A DNA stretch of 64,000 bases from an uncultured Acidobacteriota bacterium (GCA_963777605.1 CAVZRV010000029.1:128001-192000), one strand, 5' to 3'. Positions 19,091 through 29,676 are shown, counted from the first letter of the stretch. Notes: generated from the letters alone by a model not told the origin. Translations and numbers: made by a program.

Positions 19091-22000
19091 ATGCCTAGAA
19101 GAAATGACCTCAAGAAAATCCTAATCATAGGCTCGGGGCCGATCGTCATCGGACAGGCCTGCGAGTTTGACTACTCCGGAACGCAGGCATGCAAGGCGCT
19201 GCTGGCTGACGGCTACGAAGTGGTGCTGGTGAACTCCAACCCGGCAACCATTATGACCGATCCCGAGTTCGCCACCCGCACCTACATCGAGCCTCTGGCG
19301 GTCGAGTATGTTTCAGAGATTATCCGGCGGGAACGGCCCGATGCCCTGCTGCCCACGGTGGGTGGTCAGACCGGCCTGAACGTCTCGGTCGATCTCTGCG
19401 AGAGGGGAATTTTGGAGGAACTGGGTGTGGAGATGGTTGGCGCCAAGCTGGGTGCCATCCGGGTTGCGGAAGATCGGAGGCTGTTTCGGGCGGCGATGGA
19501 GGAAATCGGCCTGGAGGTTCCCAGTTCGGGATTTGCCAACAGCCTCAAGGAGGCCCAGTCGCTGCTCGAAACCGTGGGACTGCCGGCCGTTATTCGACCA
19601 TCCTTTACTCTCGGCGGGACTGGAGGCGGCATTGCCTTCAACTCGGAGGAATTTGCAGAGATCGCGAGTCGGGGGCTCCAGCTTTCACCCATCCACGAAA
19701 TCATGGTGGAAGAGTCGATCCTGGGTTGGAAGGAGTTTGAACTCGAGGTCATGCGGGACCTCAACGACAACGTCGTGATTATCTGTTCGATTGAGAACTT
19801 CGATCCCATGGGAGTTCACACCGGCGATTCGATTACGGTGGCTCCGGCCCAGACTCTGACCGACCGTGAATACCAGGTGCTGCGTGATGCCGCTATTCGA
19901 ATCATCCGTCGGGTCGGGGTTGAAACGGGTGGGTCGAACATCCAGTTCGCCACTAACCCGACCACCGGCCGGATGGTGGTGATCGAGATGAACCCGCGGG
20001 TCAGCCGCAGTTCGGCCCTGGCGTCGAAGGCGACCGGCTTCCCAATCGCGAAGATTGCCGCGAAACTGGCGGTTGGGTACACCCTGGACGAATTGCCCAA
20101 CGACATCACTCTCAAGACTCCGGCCTGCTTCGAACCGACCCTCGACTATGTCGTTGTCAAGATTCCCAAGTGGAACTTCGAGAAGTTTCCCGAGGCGAAG
20201 CCGATTCTGGGGACTCAGATGAAGTCGGTCGGCGAGGTGATGTCGATTGGTCGGACCTTCCGGGAGGCTCTTGGGAAAGGCCTCCGGTCCCTGGAGACCG
20301 GCAAGAGCCTGGCCCAGGAGAAGATCTTTCCCGAGCAGATTCGTGAAAACCTGATCCAGCCCGGTCCACAAAGACTGGCCTACGTGCAGCGGGCCTTCGA
20401 GGAAGGGATCACGCTCGAGCAGATTCACGAATGGACCCAGGTGGATCGCTGGTTCCTCGACCAGTTCAAACAGGTCCTGGAACTGGAGTCGACCCTCAAA
20501 GGGCGCAGCCTGGATTCACTGACCCGAGACGAGTGGCTTCTGGCCAAGCGGGAAGGCATTTCGGACCAGCGCCTCGCGCAACTGGTTGCGCCGAATCCGG
20601 AGGTGGACGAAGTCGGAGTCCGGAACCGGCGTAAAGAACTGGATGTCCGGCCGGTGTTCAAGTGCGTAGACACCTGCGCCGCCGAGTTCGAGTCCTACAC
20701 TCCCTACTTCTACTCCTCCTTTGAGTCCGAAGACGAGAGCCGTCCCAGCGATCTCCGCAAGATCATTATCCTGGGAAGCGGTCCGAACCGCATTGGCCAG
20801 GGTATCGAATTCGATTACTGTTGCTGCCATGCCTCGTTCGCTCTCCATGACGAGGGTTTCGAGACGATCATGGTGAACTGCAACCCCGAGACCGTCTCGA
20901 CCGACTACGACACGTCGGATCGCCTCTACTTTGAGCCTCTCACTTTTGAAGACGTCATGGCCATCGTTGACAATGAGAAGCCGCACGGGGTGATTGTCCA
21001 GTTCGGTGGTCAAACGCCACTCAAGCTCTCGGGGAAGCTCCACGAGGCCGGAGTGCCGATCATCGGTACTTCGCCCGACTCGATTGATCTGGCGGAGGAC
21101 CGAAAGCGTTTCGGGCAACTGCTCGAGGAGTTGGATATCCCTCAGCCGGCCAACGGTACGGCGATGTCTTACGATGAAGCGCTGGCCGTCGCCCGCAGGA
21201 TCGGGTACCCGGTCCTGGTCCGGCCCTCGTACGTCCTGGGTGGTCGGGCGATGGCGATCATTTACGATGACGTGGCCCTGCGCAAGTACGTCACAGACGC
21301 GGTGGACATCTCGCCGGAACACCCAATTCTCATCGACAGGTTCCTCGAGGACGCGTTCGAGTACGACGTGGATGCGCTCTGCGACGGAGAAGAGGTGGTT
21401 ATCGGGGGAATTATGCAGCACGTTGAAGAGGCGGGCATCCACTCGGGTGACAGCACGTCGGTGCTGCCCCCGATGGCATCCGACGAGGCCACTCTTGCGG
21501 CAATGACCGACTACACCCGCCGGCTCGCGAAGGCGCTCAACGTCGTGGGATTGATGAACGTCCAGTTCGCCAAGCTGGCCGGAGTGGTCTACGTGCTCGA
21601 GGTGAATCCACGGGCGAGCCGGACCGTTCCTTTCGTCAGCAAGGCTACCGGAGTCCCGCTGGCTAAGATGGCGGCGCGGCTGATGGTGGGCCGCAAGCTT
21701 CGTGAGTTGGGCCTGACCCAGGACCTCGTGGTGAATTCCTGCTTTGTGAAGAGCCCGGTCTTTCCTTTCGCCAAGTTCCCCGGCGTGGACACGATCACCG
21801 GGCCGGAGATGCGATCGACCGGTGAGGTGATGGGAGCCGCCGAGAACTTTGGCTATGCTTACGCCAAGGCGATGATTTCTGCAGGCGTGCACCTGCCCCG
21901 GAGAGGGGTAGTCTTCATCAGTGTCAACGAGCGGGACAAGATGAACGTGATTTCGATTGCCCGCGACTTCGAACAGCTCGGTTTTCGGATCGTAGCCACG

Positions 22001-22306
22001 CGCGGGACTTCGCAGGCGTTGAAAGTGGCCGGGATGTCGGTGGACACGGTTTACAAGGTCAACGAGGGACGGCCCAACGTAGTGGACCTGATCAAGAGCC
22101 GGCGTGTTCAACTGGTGATCAACACGCCCCTCGGCCGGGAGTCCTTCTTCGACGAGCGGGCGATCCGGCGGGCAGCGACCCAGTACGGCATGCCCTGCAT
22201 TACCACGCTCAGTGCCGCCCGGGCAGCCGTAAGCGCGATCCACGCCCTGCAAAGAGAAGAACTAAAAGTCCGCAGTCTCCAGGAATACCACGGCGAACAT
22301 TTGTGA
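19091..22306 (+). CDS. carB: Carbamoyl-phosphate synthase large subunit
   Basis: [17 protein letters not shown], two ATP-grasp domains, C-terminal MGS domain. Confidence 0.99.
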   Translation: MPRRNDLKKILIIGSGPIVIGQACEFDYSGTQACKALLADGYEVVLVNSNPATIMTDPEFATRTYIEPLAVEYVSEIIRRERPDALLPTVGGQTGLNVSVDLCERGILEELGVEMVGAKLGAIRVAEDRRLFRAAMEEIGLEVPSSGFANSLKEAQSLLETVGLPAVIRPSFTLGGTGGGIAFNSEEFAEIASRGLQLSPIHEIMVEESILGWKEFELEVMRDLNDNVVIICSIENFDPMGVHTGDSITVAPAQTLTDREYQVLRDAAIRIIRRVGVETGGSNIQFATNPTTGRMVVIEMNPRVSRSSALASKATGFPIAKIAAKLAVGYTLDELPNDITLKTPACFEPTLDYVVVKIPKWNFEKFPEAKPILGTQMKSVGEVMSIGRTFREALGKGLRSLETGKSLAQEKIFPEQIRENLIQPGPQRLAYVQRAFEEGITLEQIHEWTQVDRWFLDQFKQVLELESTLKGRSLDSLTRDEWLLAKREGISDQRLAQLVAPNPEVDEVGVRNRRKELDVRPVFKCVDTCAAEFESYTPYFYSSFESEDESRPSDLRKIIILGSGPNRIGQGIEFDYCCCHASFALHDEGFETIMVNCNPETVSTDYDTSDRLYFEPLTFEDVMAIVDNEKPHGVIVQFGGQTPLKLSGKLHEAGVPIIGTSPDSIDLAEDRKRFGQLLEELDIPQPANGTAMSYDEALAVARRIGYPVLVRPSYVLGGRAMAIIYDDVALRKYVTDAVDISPEHPILIDRFLEDAFEYDVDALCDGEEVVIGGIMQHVEEAGIHSGDSTSVLPPMASDEATLAAMTDYTRRLAKALNVVGLMNVQFAKLAGVVYVLEVNPRASRTVPFVSKATGVPLAKMAARLMVGRKLRELGLTQDLVVNSCFVKSPVFPFAKFPGVDTITGPEMRSTGEVMGAAENFGYAYAKAMISAGVHLPRRGVVFISVNERDKMNVISIARDFEQLGFRIVATRGTSQALKVAGMSVDTVYKVNEGRPNVVDLIKSRRVQLVINTPLGRESFFDERAIRRAATQYGMPCITTLSAARAAVSAIHALQREELKVRSLQEYHGEHL

Positions 22307-22397
22307 TTTTTGATTTGTGATTGGTTCCGTTGATTTTGGAGTACTGCCTTGTTGTCCGAAGAGTCGATAAACTGACGCCAAATCAAAAATCACAAAT
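22299..22397. repeat. 19-bp perfect inverted repeat built of heptamers at the carB/speA convergent junction
   Basis: ATTTGTGATTTTTGATTTG (22299-22317) and CAAATCAAAAATCACAAAT (22379-22397). Confidence 0.9.
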
Positions 22398-22405
22398 CGT
22401 AGATC

Positions 22406-24349
22406 TTAAGTGTTAGTGGTTAGGTAGGTTTGGTCCTGGAGACCTTTTTTGTAGTTCTCGAGCAGCTTCATTCCTTCGTTGGGTTTGAGACGGTTGGAAC
22501 GGATCTGGGAGTCAACCAGCTTCTTGAACTGCTTGATCAGGTCCTTTTGGTCGTATTGCATCGTTGAAAGGATCTCACCAATGGTGCTCCCCTCGATCTT
22601 CTCTTCGATGTAGAAGCCGTCTTCCTCGTCGTCGTCGAGGAAGACGTGTACCTCATTAACCCGTCCGAACAGGTTGTGGTTGTCCCCCATGATGTCCTGG
22701 TAGGCTCCGGTCAGGAAGATCCCCAGGTAGTAGTCGTCTCCCCGCTCGAAATCGTGAAGCGGCAGGCTGGAGGCCACGTCCGCCAGGTCGATGAAGCGGG
22801 ATACCTTCCCGTCCGAATCGCACGTAATGTCGACCAGTGTGCTGCTGACGGTCGGTTTCTCGTTCAGCCGGTGAATTGGGATGATTGGAAAGACCTGGCC
22901 CAGGGCCCAGTGGTCGAGCAATGACTGGAAGACCGAGAAATTACAGATGTGCTGGTCGGCCAACTGGTCGGAGAGTCCCGCGAGTTCTTCTGGAATCTCA
23001 TTCGACTCTTCGGCAGGCAATTCTCGGCGGATCCGCTCTGCAATTCGCCAGTAGAGGATTTCGATGGCGGCCTTGGTTTCGAGGTCGAGAACCCCGACCT
23101 CGAACATCTTCTGGGCTTCCTGGCGGACCTGCAGCAGGTCGTGCCACGACTCCAGCAGGTTCACCGGGTTCAGGTGCGATTCTGTGTAGAGCAGGTCCCG
23201 AACCAGACGATGGTCGGTGTTGGGAATTTCCTGAATGACCCGGTCGGGGCTTTTCCGGATCGACCCGAATGTGGTGACGACGAGGACCGAGTGGTGGGCC
23301 ACCAGGGCGCGGCCGGACTCTGAGAGGATGCACGGTTGAGGGACTCCCTCGCTGGCGCAAACGTCCAGGATGTTGTAGACGACGTCACGGGCGTATTCCT
23401 CAACGGTATAGTTCATCGAGGAGTGAAAACTCGACCGGGAACCATCATAGTCGACGGCCAACCCACCGCCTACATCAACGAATTCGATCTCGTGGCCCAT
23501 CTTTCGCAGCTTGGCGTAGTACCGGCTGATTTCACGAACCGCAGCCTTTACGGTCAGGATGTCGGGGATCTGAGAGCCGATGTGAAAGTGGAGAAGCTTG
23601 AGAGAGCCGGTGAATCCTCCGTCGATGAGCATCTGGATTCCGGTCAGGGCCTCGGCCGTGGAGAGGCCGAACTTGGCAAGTTCACCACCCGAGTGAGCCC
23701 AGTTTCCGGTTCCTTCCGTTGAAAGCCTCATTCTCAGTCCAACTTCGGGGGCGACTTCCATTTCCTTGGCCAGTTGCACGATCAGGTTGATCTCCGACAG
23801 CTTTTCCGCGACCAGGATCACTCGCTTGCCGAGTTTCTGCCCGGTGAGCGCTGCCCGGACGTAGTTGGCATCCTTATAGCCGTTGCAGATGATGAGCGGA
23901 TCCTTGCTTTGGGGGAATGCCAGTGCAGCGTAGAGTTCCGGCTTGGAGCCCGCCTCCAGCCCGAGATTGTACGGTTGACCGGCATCCAGAATCTCTTCAA
24001 CAACTTCCCGAAGCTGGTTTACCTTTACCGGGTAGACGGTCCGGTAGGTGTTCTCGAAGCCGTACTCCGCCATGGCCTGGCGGAATGCCTCGTTCAACAC
24101 GCGGACGCGGTCGCGCAGGATATCCTGGAATCGAACCAGCAGCGGAGTCTGAAGGCCTTGTTCAAGCGCTTGCTGGAGGACTTTGTAGATGGATACGGAT
24201 GAACCGCCCTCGAGCATCGGGGCGACGGTCACTTCACCGTCGGCATTGACACCAAAATAGCCTGAACCCCATCGATCTATCAGATAGAGTTCGCGTGAAT
24301 TCCGGGTTGTCCATTCGGTTGCTTCGGTGTTGGAATTGGTTCTTTGCAA
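22406..24349 (-). CDS. speA: Biosynthetic arginine decarboxylase
   Basis: YPVKVNQ (PLP Lys), EAGSKPEL, HFHIGSQI, DITCDSDG, GAYQDIMG. Confidence 0.97.
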   Translation of the reverse strand: MQRTNSNTEATEWTTRNSRELYLIDRWGSGYFGVNADGEVTVAPMLEGGSSVSIYKVLQQALEQGLQTPLLVRFQDILRDRVRVLNEAFRQAMAEYGFENTYRTVYPVKVNQLREVVEEILDAGQPYNLGLEAGSKPELYAALAFPQSKDPLIICNGYKDANYVRAALTGQKLGKRVILVAEKLSEINLIVQLAKEMEVAPEVGLRMRLSTEGTGNWAHSGGELAKFGLSTAEALTGIQMLIDGGFTGSLKLLHFHIGSQIPDILTVKAAVREISRYYAKLRKMGHEIEFVDVGGGLAVDYDGSRSSFHSSMNYTVEEYARDVVYNILDVCASEGVPQPCILSESGRALVAHHSVLVVTTFGSIRKSPDRVIQEIPNTDHRLVRDLLYTESHLNPVNLLESWHDLLQVRQEAQKMFEVGVLDLETKAAIEILYWRIAERIRRELPAEESNEIPEELAGLSDQLADQHICNFSVFQSLLDHWALGQVFPIIPIHRLNEKPTVSSTLVDITCDSDGKVSRFIDLADVASSLPLHDFERGDDYYLGIFLTGAYQDIMGDNHNLFGRVNEVHVFLDDDEEDGFYIEEKIEGSTIGEILSTMQYDQKDLIKQFKKLVDSQIRSNRLKPNEGMKLLENYKKGLQDQTYLTTNT

Positions 24350-24409
24350 CTGAGGTCTCTCCCTTGTCTCTATTTGGATACCGACTTTTGAGGGAGCCGG
24401 CAGCGGATC

Positions 24410-25474
24410 TTACCGGTCTGTCTTCTCGGTAGGGGATCCAGCGCTGACAGGATGCTCGTTCTTCAAGAATGTGTGCGGGTCGATAACCCGTCCGTGTTCA
24501 AGGACGCTTCCTCGAACTACCGACCCGTGATCGATCGTCACGCCTTCTCCCAAGACTGAATCCTGAATCTGAGTATACGCTCCGATGACGCAGCTTGGGC
24601 CAATTTGAGTCTGTCCCAGAATAATGGCTCCGGGGTGGACAACGGTGTCTGGGCCGATCGCTACTGTGTCGTCGATGAAAGTCTTTTCGGGATCGAGAAG
24701 GGTGACTCCTGAACGCATCAGGCGGGTGTTGATCCGTTTCCTGAGCCGGTTCTCCGCGGCGGCCAATTCGGTGCGGTCATTGATCCCGAAGACGTCGTCG
24801 CTGACCGGATAGCAGAGTGTTTCGACTCGCTTTCCCTGTGCATTCAGAATCTTTACGAGGTCGGTCAGGTAGTATTCGCCGGCTTTGTTGTCGTTTCGGA
24901 GCGAATCGAGCGACTCCGCGAGAACTTCGACATCGATGCAGGCAAAGCCGGCGTTAATCTCGCGGATGGCTTTCTGCTCCGAGGTCGCCTCCTTCTCCTC
25001 GACGATGTCGGTAATCCTCCCTCCGGAGTCGCGGACGATGCGCCCGTATCCGGTCGGGTTTTCCAGCTCAACGGTGAGGAGAACCTCGGCGGCGCCGGTT
25101 TGCTCCCGGACACGGAAGAGTTCTTCCAGCGTTTCGGTCGGAATGAGTGGAGTGTCACCGTAAAGGACGATCAGGCTGCCGGTCAGGCCGAGAAAGCCCG
25201 ATCGTGCCGACATGACCGCGTGCCCGGTGCCCAGTTGCCTGTCCTGCTGCGCGAACTCAACCGAGTATGAAGAGAGAGCCTTCCGAACCTGCTCACTCCC
25301 GTCTCCCACGACGACCCAGGTTCGCCCGATGCCAACCTCGGGTAGCCGGTCGAGCAGGTAGGAAATCATTGGCCGGCCGCAAACTTCGTGGAGAACCTTA
25401 GGTTTCTCCGACCTGAACCGCGTACCTTTTCCGGCTGCGAGGACAACGGCGTAGCGGGGCAGCTGCAGGCTCAT
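24410..25474 (-). CDS. glmU: GlmU-like protein, C-terminally truncated (uridyltransferase plus partial LbH)
   Basis: LAAGKGTRF, PKVLH, QLGTGHAV, GYGRIVR, EYYLTD, GINDR; only 354 aa. Confidence 0.8.
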   Translation of the reverse strand: MSLQLPRYAVVLAAGKGTRFRSEKPKVLHEVCGRPMISYLLDRLPEVGIGRTWVVVGDGSEQVRKALSSYSVEFAQQDRQLGTGHAVMSARSGFLGLTGSLIVLYGDTPLIPTETLEELFRVREQTGAAEVLLTVELENPTGYGRIVRDSGGRITDIVEEKEATSEQKAIREINAGFACIDVEVLAESLDSLRNDNKAGEYYLTDLVKILNAQGKRVETLCYPVSDDVFGINDRTELAAAENRLRKRINTRLMRSGVTLLDPEKTFIDDTVAIGPDTVVHPGAIILGQTQIGPSCVIGAYTQIQDSVLGEGVTIDHGSVVRGSVLEHGRVIDPHTFLKNEHPVSAGSPTEKTDR

Positions 25475-25483
25475 TGTGGAACT

Positions 25484-26006
25484 CTAGTCACCCACCCCGA
25501 GCAGCAAGCGGAACTCACTGGAATCTTCGATTTTCTCGAAATCGGGGTCATTGGCGACGATGAAGCGACTGTCGGGCTTCAGTTCGATGGCGACCTTCAG
25601 ATGGTGAATTGCTTCATCGGGCTTGTTCTGAAGAGCCCTCGAGGCAGCGATTCCGTAATGTACGTAATGGAGGTCTTTCCCGGCGATTTCCAGGGCCTTA
25701 CGAAACTGCTCGACGGCAACGTCGTACTGCCCACTGTTGTGGCTGAACACGGCCAGATTGTAGAAGTCTTCTACTGTCAACCGCTTGTGATTCTCTTCGT
25801 TCTTGCGCTCAATGCGGTCGGTGCAAACCCTGCTCAGCATTCGGACCCGAGCCAACACCTCGACGTCGTCGGGGCGCTCTTTTTCGATCTGGCCAAATTT
25901 CCGAAGCGCTGATGCATAGTCGCCGTCGTACAGGTGGATCAAACCCTGTTCGTAGAGTTCGTAGACCGTGTTTACGTTCGAGTCCTTTTTTAACCTTTGC
26001 AGCCAT
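25484..26006 (-). CDS. TPR protein (frameshift in the A6 run at 25986-25991)
   Basis: TPR helices and C-terminal ANDPDF; GGGAGG SD plus ATG at 26006 joins in frame (MAAKVKKDSNVNTVYELYEQGLIHL) if one A is removed. Confidence 0.7.
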
Positions 26007-26079
26007 AGGCCTCCCTACCCAACATGTTGATGCAGCCCGCAGCCCGAAAGCTCAGGCGGGCGAAATATGAACGCCTATT

Positions 26080-26107
26080 TTTATAGGAACGGCTCCCTTT
26101 GAGTCAA
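26080..26107 (-). promoter_or_regulatory. Putative sigma-70 promoter for TPR-glmU
   Basis: TTGACT-N16-TATAAA on the minus strand; CCTAT-N4-ATAGG palindrome (26074-26087) overlaps the -10. Confidence 0.5.
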
Positions 26108-26170
26108 GGCTGAGGGATTTCAGCCCCTTGGGTTATGATCACAAATAGTCGTTCCCGGTTGCGGGAAGAT

Positions 26171-26650
26171 ATGGATTGTGGAATGTTCGACTCGGATCTC
26201 AGGTTGGGCGCTACCCAGACAGAAAGAATCGATTTCATACTTTCGGTCCTGGTGCGCGCGTGTGACGCGGAGTCCGTGCTGCTGGTCAGCGCAGGCGGCC
26301 AGGAGATCGCCGGGAAAGGCGACCTGGCCTCCGTTGATCGTGCTGCCGTGGCCTCCCTGTCCGCCGGGACGGTCGCGGCGATGGCTGAACTGGCCGGGGC
26401 ATTCGGGGAATCCCAATTCAAGGGAACGACTCACCGGGGAAGAGACCGGACAATCCTGTTGCGGCCGATCGGCAGGAAGGCACTTCTCGTTGTGACCGCG
26501 ATCAATCGGAGAATCCATCCACGCCTCGGGCACACTCTCTTCAGGGCGGTTCCGGTTTTGACGGATATTCTCGAGCATTCGACGGAACCCGGTGGCGTTA
26601 CTATCGATGGTCGAACGGGTTCCCAGGTCGGCGGGCTGACCGGTTCGTGA
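26171..26650 (+). CDS. mglB: Roadblock/LC7 protein, MglB-like
   Basis: LLVSAGGQEI, AVASLSAGTVAAMAELAGAFGE resemble MglB; immediately upstream of mglA; start uncertain (26135/26171/26183). Confidence 0.8.
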   Translation: MDCGMFDSDLRLGATQTERIDFILSVLVRACDAESVLLVSAGGQEIAGKGDLASVDRAAVASLSAGTVAAMAELAGAFGESQFKGTTHRGRDRTILLRPIGRKALLVVTAINRRIHPRLGHTLFRAVPVLTDILEHSTEPGGVTIDGRTGSQVGGLTGS

Positions 26651-26665
26651 TCGAGGAGTACTGAG

Positions 26666-27325
26666 TTGGCATTCATCAACTATGCAAGCCAGGAAGTAAA
26701 CTGCAAGATTGTGTACTGCGGCCCGGGGATGTCCGGGAAGACCACGAATATTATCCAGATCTATCGTTCGCTGAGACCTGAAGTGCGCGGGCGGCTGGTT
26801 TCGCTGCACTCCGAGGCGGAACGTACCCTGTTCTTCGATTTTCTGCCCGTGGAACTGGGGAGGGTCCGGGGATTCAACGTGAGGCTTCACCTCTATTCGG
26901 TTCCGGGCCAGGTTTTCCACGCTGCGACCCGGAAGCTGGTGTTTCGGGGAGTCGACGGGATTGTCTTCGTCGCCGATTCGCGGATGGACCGTGTCGACGC
27001 CAATCTCGAGGCGCAGCGTGATCTGCATGAGAACCTGGGGATTTACCAACCGAATCTGCACGAACTCCCGTATGTCCTGCAATTGAACAAGCGGGATCTC
27101 AGCGAAACCCTGGATGTGGACTCGTTGACCAACCTTCTCAGAATGAACGGTGAGCCCGTTTACCAGGCGATCGCGATGGAGAACCAGGGCGTGCAGGAAA
27201 CCCTCAAAGAGATTACCCGGCAGATCATGTTTCGATTGGAGAGAGCCCTGGAACCGGCGGAAGGAAGGATCCGCACCCGGTTTTCCCGCCGGCACGGCTC
27301 AGCCGAACAGCTGGTTCGAGCCTGA
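26666..27325 (+). CDS. mglA: Small Ras-like GTPase MglA (TTG start)
   Basis: FINYASQEVNCKIVYCGPGMSGKTTN, ERTLFFDFLP, VPGQ, DGIVFVADS, NKRD. Confidence 0.95.
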   Translation: MAFINYASQEVNCKIVYCGPGMSGKTTNIIQIYRSLRPEVRGRLVSLHSEAERTLFFDFLPVELGRVRGFNVRLHLYSVPGQVFHAATRKLVFRGVDGIVFVADSRMDRVDANLEAQRDLHENLGIYQPNLHELPYVLQLNKRDLSETLDVDSLTNLLRMNGEPVYQAIAMENQGVQETLKEITRQIMFRLERALEPAEGRIRTRFSRRHGSAEQLVRA

Positions 27326-27408
27326 GCGACGGCGCCCTTCCGAGATCATGGCGGAGGCAAACCCTGCCGGTTTTCCCACTCCAGCTGGACTTCTGGTAGT
27401 CTGACTGC

Positions 27409-28713
27409 ATGGGATTCCGGCTGGATGAGGTGGATCGCGTTCGGGGACTTTATCCCGATGTTCCGAAGGAAGCGGTCGTCAAAGAGGACGTCCTGCGCAC
27501 GGGTTTGGCATTCTCCGACGATGCCCTGAGAGTTGCTTCGGGTTTCAAACCGAAAGCCTATTTTATCTTCTCATTCGACCTGGTTCCCATCTCGGAGATG
27601 CCCAGCCGGGAGAATCTGCGCGTGCCGGAGGAAGTTGCCCTGGAAGGGGGCGCATTCGACTTCAAAAGGGTCATCGTCAGTGTTCGAGTGAATCCCCGGT
27701 CTCCTTACCGGGTGGAACTCAGTCCGGAAGGGCAACTCGTGTTGGTGCTGGAAGGAAGTGAAATCTGTGGCGTGCAGTACCCCGAGTTTCCGCCTTACTA
27801 TCGCCGCACTCTTTCCAATGGTAAACCGATCACTGATATTGCCCCAACCATTGAGTGGGGCTATCTGCTCTACCTGACCGTGTTTCGGCTCTGCCAGTAC
27901 TTCGGCCGGCAGGAGGAGTGCCAGTACTGCGATATCAACGAGAATTACCGGCAGCAAAAGAAAAGTGGGCGGCCCTACACCGCGATCAAGTCAGTTGACG
28001 AGATCCTCGAAGCGCTCGAGATCATCTACGAACTCGATTCGGTCAGCCGTGCGTACACCGTTACCGGAGGCAGCGTCACCGGAAATCTCAACGGGCTCAG
28101 TGAAGTCGAGTTCTATGCCCAGTACCCTGAGGCAATCGAACGCCGATTCCCGGGGCGCTGGATCAGCAAGGTCGTGGTCCAGGCGCTTCCTCGCAACGAG
28201 GTGCGGCAGCTGAAGGACGCCGGCGTCCGTATTTACCACCCCAACTACGAAGTCTGGGACCACAAACTGTTCGAAAGACTGTGTGCCGGAAAGAGCCGTT
28301 ACGTCGGACGTGACGAATGGATCTCACGGATCCTGGATGCGGCGACGATTTTTGGTCCGTCCAATGTCATTCCCAACTTCGTGGCCGGTATCGAGATGTC
28401 TCGCCCCGACGGGTTCAGGAGTGCAGCAGAGGCCCTCGAATCGACCGGCGAGGGACTTGACTTCTTCATGAGTCGGGGAGTTGTGCCGCGGTTCACGACC
28501 TGGTGCCCGGAGCCTTTGAGTACCCTGGGTGCAACCAACCCCGAAGGGGCGCCGCTGGACTACCACGTCGGGCTGCTCCGGACCTGGCGAGACACCCTCC
28601 TGAAGTATGGGCTGGAACCGCCACCGGGTTACGGAACCGCGGGATTGGGGCAGGCGGTGTTCTCGGTCTCTTCCTTCATGGACGTCGCACCCACTGTGGC
28701 GGCCGGGGTCTGA
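27409..28713 (+). CDS. Radical SAM protein with non-canonical CX8CX2C motif
   Basis: CQYFGRQEECQYC (27892-27930), TVTGG, HPNYEVWD, NFVAGIE. Confidence 0.8.
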   Translation: MGFRLDEVDRVRGLYPDVPKEAVVKEDVLRTGLAFSDDALRVASGFKPKAYFIFSFDLVPISEMPSRENLRVPEEVALEGGAFDFKRVIVSVRVNPRSPYRVELSPEGQLVLVLEGSEICGVQYPEFPPYYRRTLSNGKPITDIAPTIEWGYLLYLTVFRLCQYFGRQEECQYCDINENYRQQKKSGRPYTAIKSVDEILEALEIIYELDSVSRAYTVTGGSVTGNLNGLSEVEFYAQYPEAIERRFPGRWISKVVVQALPRNEVRQLKDAGVRIYHPNYEVWDHKLFERLCAGKSRYVGRDEWISRILDAATIFGPSNVIPNFVAGIEMSRPDGFRSAAEALESTGEGLDFFMSRGVVPRFTTWCPEPLSTLGATNPEGAPLDYHVGLLRTWRDTLLKYGLEPPPGYGTAGLGQAVFSVSSFMDVAPTVAAGV

Positions 28714-28755
28714 AACGAGGCCCATCCGCAGCTGGAATCTGGTCGGTACTGCGGG

Positions 28756-29481
28756 TTAACGCCTGCGCTCCAGCTCTTTGAAAAGACCGTGCAGCATGTT
28801 GACGTCTTCTCTTTCCAGCCGTGCCCGCCCGGCGATCTTCCGGATCCGGAGCATCATTCGCTTGGCTGAAATCCTGGCGGAAGGCTCGAGTGAGGCCAGG
28901 AGTCCTTCGATGCGCCCGAGCAGGGACTCAACCTGCTCCGGGGAGGCTGCCGCCGGGGGAGTCAGGGCGTTCCCCCTCTGCGATGAGAGGTGGAGATGGT
29001 AGCCGACGACGGCGGCCGACTGGGCCAGGTTCATGACCGGGTAGTCGCTGCCTGTCGGGATCTCAACCAGCCACTGGCACAGGCTGAGTTCTTCCCGGCG
29101 AAGACCGTTGTCCTCTGATCCGAAAACGATACCGAGGCGGTTGCCGGCAAGGCGGGGAAGGACGTCATCGGCGAAGGTAGGGACGTCGATCAGTTTCGGT
29201 TTGGCCCCCCGAAAGCGCCCGGTTGTGGCCGCCAGCAGGCCCAGTTCTTCAGAGACCGCCTCGAGTGACGGGAAGAAGCGGGCACGATCGAGGATCTCGG
29301 CTCCCTTCATTGCGAAGCTTCGCGCCTCGATTCCAACCTCGCACCCGGGGCGAACCAGGATCAAGTTTTCAAACCCCATGTTCTTCATTGCCCGAACCGA
29401 CGATCCGAGGTTGGAGGCGAATTGCGTGCGAACGAAAACGAAGTGCAGGAGGCGCTTGGGATCGTGCATTACAAACGTCAA
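28756..29481 (-). CDS. trmJ: SPOUT RNA methyltransferase, TrmJ/LasT family
   Basis: NLGSSVRAMKNMG, VFGSEDNGL, YPVMNLAQS. Confidence 0.85.
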   Translation of the reverse strand: MTFVMHDPKRLLHFVFVRTQFASNLGSSVRAMKNMGFENLILVRPGCEVGIEARSFAMKGAEILDRARFFPSLEAVSEELGLLAATTGRFRGAKPKLIDVPTFADDVLPRLAGNRLGIVFGSEDNGLRREELSLCQWLVEIPTGSDYPVMNLAQSAAVVGYHLHLSSQRGNALTPPAAASPEQVESLLGRIEGLLASLEPSARISAKRMMLRIRKIAGRARLEREDVNMLHGLFKELERRR

Positions 29482-29676
29482 TATAGCCTACTCACCGGTT
29501 TCTGCCCACGGACGGCCAGGCAAAGTCGGTTTCTTGAGTCCTGTCTGCCCCATAGGGTATATAATCCCGTCAAGTTAAGAATCGAAATTGCTGAATGTGT
29601 TCAGGTTTTCGAGACGGACACTCAGGGACCGCACGTTCTTTGCGGCCTTGAGTCCACATGTTGGAGGGGTGACATC

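Noticed and set aside
25985-25991. A-AAA-AAG -1 programmed frameshift in the TPR gene
   Set aside because: The join needs a +1 shift, and the heptamer is in the wrong frame relative to the ATG
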